Assembly: GCA_951406725.2 (NCBI GenBank)
Contig: OX597820.1
Location: 77,996,001-78,060,000, forward strand
Length of the DNA: 64,000 nt
Reading direction: 5' to 3'
Origin: Octopus vulgaris
Taxonomy: Eukaryota
Shown here: in pieces, positions 54,241 through 64,000 of the stretch
How positions within the stretch are numbered: the first letter of the stretch is position 1
Layout: every line of letters starts with the position of its first letter
The notes under the pieces: model-generated
Seen by the model: only the letters and a program-made list of their open reading frames with translations
Databases searched by the model: none
Told to the model about the DNA's origin: nothing
Made by a program: the position numbers and the translations under genes

Positions 54241-54978
54241 ATACCTCTGTTTGTTTTGATATCAAGATTGAACAAAATCGACCATGTTTGTAAAAATTAT
54301 TGGACATATGTTTGCACCCTTTAACCAAATTCCGTTTCAGCATTTGTGCCCATACTGAAAGAAAAAATGTTTAAAACTTTTCACTTTTGAACCCACACAT
54401 ACACTCATTCTCGTAAAGAAAGTTAGTGAGAATGAAAGGCATGAAAACAGATGAAATTTCCTGCACTTGAGTACGGCTATAAATTCTTCAATATATGTTC
54501 TAATGAAACTGTTTAACTTCCAATTTTAGGAGACACGACCATATCCTAAACTACATGCTTCTAGACTGTAGAATTAATGCTGAAGTCATCCTTATGTAGC
54601 GTGCATAAGCTTTAGTTTTTCCATTGCTAATTGACTATTCGCATTTGCAGTTAATTCTCTGTAAACTGCCGTTATTCTTCGTAGGATTGAAAAAAGTATT
54701 GATTTCATGACACTGCTCTTAACATTTAATCATTTAATTTATTTTCGCATTACTGATAACAAATCTTGTCATAGCAAAAGAGGAAACAAAACAAAAAACA
54801 AAAAATAAAAAGTTCAGCAACCACATGCAATTGTTTGCCTCGTTCTGCATAGCATTCCAATACATTTAAGCTATATTTAATGTTTCTACCGAAATAATAC
54901 GTGTCATTCTCCGTCGCCTTCCGATTTCTTGATATACATATATCAATCCATATATATATATACATATGGAATGATACA

Positions 54979-55020
<42 letters not shown>

Positions 55021-55280
55021 AATAAGGACATTATCGATATTTAAATAGAGCTTATTTGAAGCAAAGCTAGAAATCCAGGATCTTGAATTATTCAGTAATA
55101 TTTTTTGCTAGTCTATTTTGTCCCTCTGTCTTATCGCATGGTACGATATGAACATTTAAGGTGGTTCTTAGAGTCAGGGATTTGACTGCTATTTCGGCAT
55201 GGTGGTGTCTCTCAAACACCCTTATTTTTAGTAATATATATATATATAGCATACGTACAATTATTATCCATATAGTCGTA

Positions 55281-55594
55281 TGGGAACACACCGTCGGTTA
55301 CGACAACGCGGGCCCCACCTGATACGACCAACGGAACAGCATGCTCGTGAAATAAACGTGCAAGTGGCTGCGCAATCCAAAGACGCGTGTAACTCCAATG
55401 TAGTTCTTAGGGAGATTCAGTGTGACAAGGCTGGACCTTTGAAATACATCTTCAACTCATTTTTCCAGTTGAGTGGATCGGAGCAACGTGAAATAAAGTG
55501 TCTTTGTCAAGGATATGACGACTCGTTGGGAAATGAACTCACGATCTTACAACCGTGAGTCGAATGCCCTAACCATTAAGCCACGTGCCTTCAC
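55281..55594 (-). mobile_element. tRNA-derived CORE-like SINE, family C variant
   Basis: Minus strand GTGAAGGCACGTGGCTTAATGGTTAGGG...AAGACACTTTATTTCACGTTGCTCC; its 3' part matches 60545-60650. Confidence 0.82.
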
Positions 55595-55689
55595 CATGTA
55601 TTCATATATATGATATGTATGCATATGCTAATACATTTATGCATTCATGTATGTGAACAGTTGCGTTAATATATAATTTACATACGCGT

Positions 55690-56439
<750 letters not shown>

Positions 56440-56599
56440 TATAAGTTGAGGCACCAGCATAGTATGTAAAAATACCATAGAACTGCTATTATTAGAAGTA
56501 AGAAAATATAATGGAAGATTGCAAAGAAACACTTGAGAATGAATGAAACTGAAAATAGTGGATAAAGAAAATAATGCACAGATAATTTTATAGAGATGT

Positions 56600-57400
56600 T
56601 GAAGATAGAAAAAAACGAGACAGAGAAAAACGATGGCTATGGATGACTAAAAGCCTCTAATCCGCCATGCCGAAGAGCAAGCATAAAATACTAATTACAT
56701 CAAATACAGAATAGACAACACATCAGAAAGTGATAAGTACAGAATTTGTAGACAAAATGGTGAAACCGTATGATATATTATCAGTCAGCGTACGCCACTA
56801 GCCCAGAAAGAATATGAGAGACGCCACGACAATATAGCAAGGATTGTCCATTGGACAGTTTTCGATAAGTATGGACTTGACAGAGCAAAAAATTGGTACG
56901 AACATAAACCCGAAGGCATCATAGAAAATGGCAATGCAAAGATCCTATGGAATTTTATGATTCAGTGTGACCAGGAGATACAGAATAGGAAACAAGACAC
57001 AGCGTTAATTGAGAAATAATGCAAACGATGCTGGATCAATGATATAGCATGCCCAGCTAACAACAAGGTATGCGATAAGGAAGAAAGAAAAGTCGATAGA
57101 TATGACAGGTTAGTTTGGGAGGTTAAGCAGTCGTGGTCTCTGAAAAAAGGAGGTAGTAGTGCCAATAATTGTCGGAGCCCTGGGAATGGTGAGTAAAAAT
57201 CTTGAGAGGTACATAGCACAAATAAGGGCGACAATAAGTGTGGATTACTTGTAGAAAAATAACTGCTTGGTACCACTCGAATACTCCGGATGGGGCTCGA
57301 AAACTAAGGGCTGTTACTTTAGTTTACTGGTAGTGAACAGCTGACACCGTAGTACATCTCCAGCGTTAGAAGGTGTGCAAAGACAATAAAATAATAATGA
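56600..57400 (+). pseudogene. R4/Dong-clade non-LTR retrotransposon 3' remnant
   Basis: RRHDNIARIVHW...WYEHKPEGIIENGNAKILWNFMIQCDQEIQNRKQD...DIACP...KEERKVDRY...PIIVGALG...LLGTTRILR, followed by a (TAA)-rich tail. Confidence 0.88.
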
Positions 57401-57404
57401 TAAT

Positions 57405-57575
57405 GGTTTCAAATTTCTCTACAAGTGCAGCCATTTGGGGGGAGGTTATGTGTCGGGTACATTGACCCCAGTGTTTCACTGGTTCTTAGTTTATCGACCC
57501 CAAACGGATGAAAGGCAAATAAGAACTCGGCGAAATTTGAACTCAGAACGTGGCGACGGACGAAATACTGACAAG
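57405..57575 (-). mobile_element. SINE family A
   Basis: Reverse complement of the family A body. Confidence 0.8.
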
Positions 57576-58072
57576 TTGGGGGAAAGGTTTCAGGCGGGTA
57601 AACTGAAATCATCCTCTCTCTCGATAATCGAAGCTGAAACCACTACCATGCGGTACCATGACTGCAGAGCGAACTTGTTAACTGTCTGTCTATTCTGTGC
57701 CTACAGAACTGTTTTAAATAAGTATAAAGAACCTTTGGTCTTATTCTGCCAAGAATACGGCTCGTTTATATGAATCGTATTGTCGCTTGAATAGTCAGAC
57801 AACCTAGCGTTTGTGTCTTATCGCCACTTAATAAGATATTACCAATAAATATAATGTAAGGCGAAAATAGAATTTGCCAACATTATAACTACGCGAATAG
57901 ATGCACAAAACTCAATGGGAAAATACTTCATCGGTAATTTCACAATTTCGTCCAACTAAAATTGCTAATCATATAGAAATATTGAATGCCACGATAAATT
58001 CATGTAGTTCTGTATAGTGACTTGGCTGCTGCCCATTCTTTCTTTCTAATTCTCACTTTTACACACACACGC

Positions 58073-58157
<85 letters not shown>

Positions 58158-59402
58158 TGGGGCGTGTGTGTGCCTGTGTGCGTGTTTGTGCGTGTGTGCA
58201 TGTGTGCATATATATATACATATACATGTATATGTGTGAGTGTATTTTATGTATGTATGTATGTGTGTGTATTTGTATACACGAGTGACTCTATGCGTAT
58301 ATTTGTGTTGTGTAAAGTAAGCAAGGAATGATGTTATTTCCACCTTTCAACACATGCCTTAATGCCAATTCGCAAACATTAAATAAACATTCATGAGCCA
58401 TGATGAATATCAATTGATCTTAGTCATATGTGTGATTATTTAAGCTCACTGAACGCAATTAAGAGTAGACTGAAACGAATGCTCTCACCCTTCTACAGAC
58501 ATGGTGTTTTCTGGTAAGTGTATTGCGTATGTTTGTGTATATGAAGACCAGGAAATTGGCTGCGGGCTACTTGTAATTTAAATTAAAGGGAAAAGTTTAA
58601 GATGACAGGGAAGCAAAATTTATTCAAGTGAATCTTTAGAATCTAGATTAAAATTTAGTTCATAATCCTACAGGGTATTAAAGAATTTTTGTGAGCCGAG
58701 TCTTAGATCTATTATGGATAACTTTCGACTGATCATGAATCAATGTTCCATTTTTTTCTGTTTCAGGAGTAGTTTATTTAGAACTATAATTTCCAGTATA
58801 TATTTAAGTCACTCTGCTACGTTTAGAACGTGTTATATGTATTAATTTTAGCATTTGAAGCCATTGCTTCGAGGTTTTTCATTGACTTGCCATAACGGTT
58901 TGATGTCCTCTTGTACATTTAGACTTTAGATATATGTAAATAGATATATGTTTACAATTAGATATTAAACATATATACATATATGTCTGTGTGGTAGGAA
59001 GCTTCCTAACTAACTACATGATTCCATGTTCGGAAAATGACTTCAACAATTGCCGCAGCCCGACCAAAACCTTGCGGCTGGAGTTTCCAGTTATTTCCAT
59101 TCGTAAATATTAACAAACGAAATTGCGGTACATAGGTAATCGTTTTATTTTGTATATTTTCATTTGTCTTGCTCGTTTTTACATTCTGGCGTATGCTGAA
59201 ATTTTCTTGGGAACACACACTTCGTGGAAGGCGAGTTGACGTCTACCTTTAACATATTAAGAATCCACTTTGGTGGTCATTCCTCTTATATTTGTATGGA
59301 ACATAATTTTTAATCTTCAGATGTTTTAAAATATGCTGGTTTTAACTGATGTTAATTGATAAATATCAATTCCTACCTTAATTTTTTAAATTTATATAAA
59401 TA

Positions 59403-59488
<86 letters not shown>

Positions 59489-59721
59489 TGTATGTATATA
59501 TATATGTGCGTGTGTGTGTGTACATACATATGGATCAAAACAGTTTGATTCAAATTCGTTGGTACTCCGAATTTCAAGCGTGTTGCAAGTGTTCAGACAT
59601 TTTGAATTTGAATGAAAGAAATCGAATGTTATTACCGTAAGGTGGGTTGCAATTGGTCGAGGAAGGTCACATGGGGACGTGGTTTGATGTTGGTATATCG
59701 GTATAATCTCGACAACAGTTA

Positions 59722-59934
59722 GTTGCAAAATGCTGCATGGTGAACAGGAAAATCAACCGCGTAGTGGACGGGAAATCGGTCGAGTTGTTAGAGGGGAAGT
59801 AGGAAGGCGTGCTCTGCGCAGCCACTCTTTCCTACTTCCCCTCCAGACACCTGACCGATTTCCTGTCCGCTACGCAGTCGCTTTCCTTTCCACAACGCGG
59901 TCGATTTCCTGTTCGCCATACGGTATTTTCCAAC
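59722..59934. repeat. ~210 bp imperfect palindrome (fold-back/MITE-like)
   Basis: Three nested complementary segment pairs and an internal subrepeat ACAGGAAATCG. Confidence 0.8.
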
Positions 59935-60069
59935 CATATGTTGTTGCTGATATACTGTTGGGACTACGCTTGAAACTCGGAATTTCAATTTGAATAAAAA
60001 TGTTTTGATCCATACATGTAACTCCCAATAAATGTGTTAAGTGCCCTTCTTTCGTTTATCCACGCACTC

Positions 60070-60145
<76 letters not shown>

Positions 60146-60179
60146 GTATATGTATGTATGTATATGTATGTATGTATGT

Positions 60180-60345
60180 ATCTGTGTATTCCATTTGTGT
60201 CTGTGTTTTCTTCTCATCGTCGCTTGACAACAGGTCTTGGAGTGTTTAAGTCCCCTTAACTTACCGGTTCGACAAAAGGAACCGATAGAATAAGTACTGG
60301 GTTTCAAAAATAAGCCCTGGGGTCTAATTGTTTGACTAAATACCT
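60180..60345 (+). mobile_element. SINE family B 3' half
   Basis: GTCCCC.TAACTTA.CGGTTCG.CAAAAG...CCGATAGAATAAGTAC. Confidence 0.7.
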
Positions 60346-60658
60346 TTAGTTCGATTAAAAACCTTCTATTGTCAATGGTAGAACACGACTATCACTACGA
60401 CTACATAAACCTGATGATTATGTAACACATGAAATCACAACCACTAGATCGTGAGTGCAGCAACTGTACTATTTCACCACAGCTTTCACCATTTCTTCCT
60501 ATTTCAAAGGGTCACCAATGTCACACTCTCTATCACACTGAATCTACTCGAGTGTGGTCAGCCACTTGCACGTTAATTTCACGAGCAGACTGTTCCGTTG
60601 ATTAGATCAACTGGAACGCTCATCGTCGTAAGCGGCGGAGTACCGCGACGATACATAC

Positions 60659-60744
<86 letters not shown>

Positions 60745-60847
60745 GCATGTATGTCAGTATATATGTATGTATATTTGTACATGTTACATGATATATAGTG
60801 ACATTAATAAGCAATCTTAATAATTATATACACAAAGCATCTAGTTA

Positions 60848-60865
60848 ACAGACAGACAGATAGAC

Positions 60866-60952
<87 letters not shown>
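60848..60952. repeat. (GACA/GATA/GA)n microsatellite
   Basis: Direct reading. Confidence 0.95.
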
Positions 60953-60958
<6 letters not shown>

Positions 60959-61664
60959 CGTTTGTGATGGTTGAACATATTTTATTTCGATTTGGAAGTA
61001 ATTTTGATTGTACAGAGTGAAAGAGATAGGTATAATATTCAGTAGAGATGCAAACATCAGAATTAAAACGTCATTTTCGTCTTACTTATGAATGGGAAAT
61101 ATTGCTATGGGCATTTTTGTGAATCCATTTTACAAAGACAGCGGCAAGTTAATTAGAAAGAAAACGAAATTATCTAGAAATCAGACAGTGTCGAAACATT
61201 TAGGTAATATTGAGTTTTTGTCACTTGTCTGATGGGAAATTGACCAATTATTTCGTCTTGCTTTTAGTATTGTATTGAATAACATTTCATGTTATTTCCC
61301 AAACTGTCAGCCCAACATATAACGTTGTTCTTTGGCCGATGTTCAGCTTGCTAGCGAAAGCGGGTGTCTAATTCAGATTATATATTTTTCGTAAGACATG
61401 TCAAAATTCCGAAGTGCATCGGATAAGCAATCTTGTGTAACAATGGTACGAAATGTTGACAATTGATAACCAAATATAGAATTTCTCTGCTTCTATACAC
61501 AGTATTGCTTACCAGGTTAGCTTATTTGTTTTCTTATCCACCCATCCATCTTCACCCACAACTCTTGGGATGATCTTGGATGCGGGAGGGTAGAGGCAGA
61601 GTCTTTACTCACCTCACTCATCATCTCTATTAGTTCCTCTCAAAAACAAATGTTATCACATTTT

Positions 61665-61870
61665 CCGGCTGATTAGGATGTTGGTCTTATGATTGTAAGA
61701 TTGTGGTTCCGATTCCTGGACCGGGTGTTGTGTTCTTCAGCAGAAAACCTCATTCTGCTTTGTTCCTTCCTGCTCAGCTAGCAAAAATGAGTAATCCTGT
61801 GACGTCCCCTGCAGGATGGAAACATACGCCACGGAAACCGAGAAAGTGGTTCTACGCGTCTATGAATCAG
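61665..61870 (+). mobile_element. Degenerate SINE family C
   Basis: GTGGTTCCGATTCCTGGACCGG...CATACGCCACGGAAACCG, the latter also at ~23600. Confidence 0.6.
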
Positions 61871-62823
61871 GAAACACATTGGTCTGTTCGAAGTTATAAC
61901 TGAAGACATTCACCCAGAGTGCAACGTTGTGGAATTGGCCTCTAAACCTCAAAGTTCCACAGCGAACTTCGCAAACACACAACCATGCCTGCGCCAAAAA
62001 GCCACGCCTCTGTCTACCTTAACTGTTTTACTCTATTAGAATAACTCACGCGTATATTGCTTTGTTGAAATAAATCACTGTGCTATTTCATAAAACATCG
62101 TTTTATAATTAATAATTCTGTAGTGTAAGAACTTTTTTTCCGTAAACCGGAATTCGCAAACCAATTTCTAAATGGATTGCAAATCACTTCATATTTCTGA
62201 TAATTTGCTAACAAATTAGAAAAATTATGAACGCGACTCACAGTTCTATTTCGCTTCAACCTGATACATCAATGTAAAAGATAATCAAAATTTCATACTA
62301 TGATGCAGCAAAACAGTTCGTTTTACATTGATTTACAAACATTGATTTCGCCTGAAATGCATAATGAAAATCTATGGAAGTTTTTGCAGACAGCTCTAAC
62401 ACAAAATTACAGTAAATGATTATAGGGCTTGATATCTGAAATGTAAAATATAGAATAAAAATTCAGATGCTATAGACTTAAAAACATGGAAGATTTTAAT
62501 TAATGAACACAACCACATAACATTCGATAAATAATTGACGTTGTGTAATATCTTCCTCATAATATACAGGATATTTGTCTCATGCTCTAGAACGAAAATC
62601 GATGTTAATTGCTTGACCGCCGTATACGTTTGGACGATTTTTTTTTATCAAAGTAGATATATCCTTTATGATTTATTTCCAAATGTGAACAACCACAGTC
62701 TGCTGTTTTAGACTTTTACGTTTAATTATCATATTAAGTTAAACAACTACAACTGAATTTCAATGATTTAATAAAATATTGAAAAGAGAATGCAACGATA
62801 GAGCAACTCACACTCATGTATAC

Positions 62824-62894
<71 letters not shown>

Positions 62895-63042
62895 CATACA
62901 TACATACATATATACATATATACATACATACATACATATATGCTCACACGTACGCACACTCACAACACACCCATATAAGAGTACGTGTGGGTATGTATTA
63001 AAGTCGGACAGATTTCACAGAGCCTAGTCTTATATATATGTA

Positions 63043-63129
<87 letters not shown>

Positions 63130-63610
63130 AAGGGTGAAAAGGAACACACGAGTTGTTATATATGAAAAAACAAGTCAAAAATAGAAAATGCTAAAATAAT
63201 TTTATATTGAACATTTCAGTACCGGTTTCGGTCATTTTGAGACCTTTTCAACTGTAACGATTAAATAATTAAATTTAGAAAAATTAGAAGAAAAGTTTTT
63301 TTAAAAGAATATTTCTATAGTAGTGTTCAGATTTAAGTGGCATTCTGCCTTTCTCTGACTCCCTTGTTTGCACTTGTGTGTTCGAGGTAGTTGTGAGTTC
63401 TTGGTAGGGTAGTAGAGGAAGAAGGCTGGTGAGGAAAGGGGGTGGGAGAATCTGGGAGTGCCCTGATGGTCGTATTTTGAATGGTCAGTGGCGGCTGGCA
63501 GTCTCAGTTCAATTCAGGAGAATATTTATATTGACAGGCTTGTTTATAGAATTAGCGTAGGTGTTATACTAAAAAACATTAGTGACAAAGTTAAGGGGTA
63601 GGGGATGGAG
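63130..63610 (-). mobile_element. 5'-truncated Penelope-like retroelement
   Basis: 63560-63504 reads LR*FYKQACQYKYSPELN* (decayed GIY-YIG terminus). The 3' end is at (TA)n and the UTR holds a hammerhead. Confidence 0.7.
63217..63254 (-). ncRNA. Minimal hammerhead ribozyme with U3:A8 core
   Basis: CAG-TTGAAAA-GGTC-loop-GACC-GAA-ACCGGT-A-CTG. Confidence 0.75.
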
Positions 63611-63694
63611 AAGTAGAAGAAGAAGAAGAAGAAGAAGAAGAAGAAGAAGAAGAAGAAGAAGAAGAAGAAGAAGAAGAAGAAGAAGAAGAAGAAG

Positions 63695-63725
<31 letters not shown>

Positions 63726-63740
63726 CATATATATATATAT

Positions 63741-64000
63741 GTTCATGAAGAAGATGGCCGTCCACTCGTGACCGAGGAAGACCGTTGCTGACCTTTTGGA
63801 ACATTGTGCGCCCTAGGATTAGCTTATATTTTGCATTTGCTGATCTGTTGGTGGTTAATGAGCCCTGCTCTTGACAAGCTTACACGACTGCAAACATTAC
63901 AAACCAAGATTTCCCCATTCACTACAGCATCAGTGCGCTTTCGAGCAGCACGCCTAAATTCTTCATCGTGAACACGTGCTCTCTCAAAATTTTCACCTCC
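63741..64000 (-). pseudogene. RTE LINE 3' end, continuing beyond the window
   Basis: GGENFERARVHDEEFRRAARKR...LVCNVCSRVSLSRAGLINHQQ. Confidence 0.8.

Noticed and set aside
60407-60445. CTGATGA...ATGT/ACAT-GAAA hammerhead-like
   Set aside because: No NUH or stem I partner.

Overview
Eukaryotic, AT-rich, repeat-dominated non-coding DNA (intergenic or a large intron). The SINE families and dense (TA)n/(CA)n microsatellites suggest an octopus or other coleoid cephalopod genome (inference). No intact host gene is visible, and nearly all ORF-track entries are translated microsatellites or decayed transposons. Contents: a ~5.3 kb (GGTT/GGCT/GGTC)n satellite with an inverted ~570 bp partner, many tRNA-derived SINEs, decayed Tc1/mariner elements and MITEs, LINE remnants (RTE, CR1-like, Tx1-like, R4/Dong-like), and many Penelope-like element (PLE) ends sitting in (TA)n. 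The main signal is RNA structure. About eight minimal hammerhead ribozyme (HHR) motifs occur, each family with its own palindromic stem III, and two carry a compensatory U3:A8 core. Four sequence-divergent elements share a non-canonical permuted, multi-pseudoknotted hammerhead-like fold. In it GAAA lies 24-26 nt before CUGANGA, stem II is replaced by a four-way junction, and a kink-turn-like loop follows stem III. All structures were folded by eye and no activity is demonstrated.
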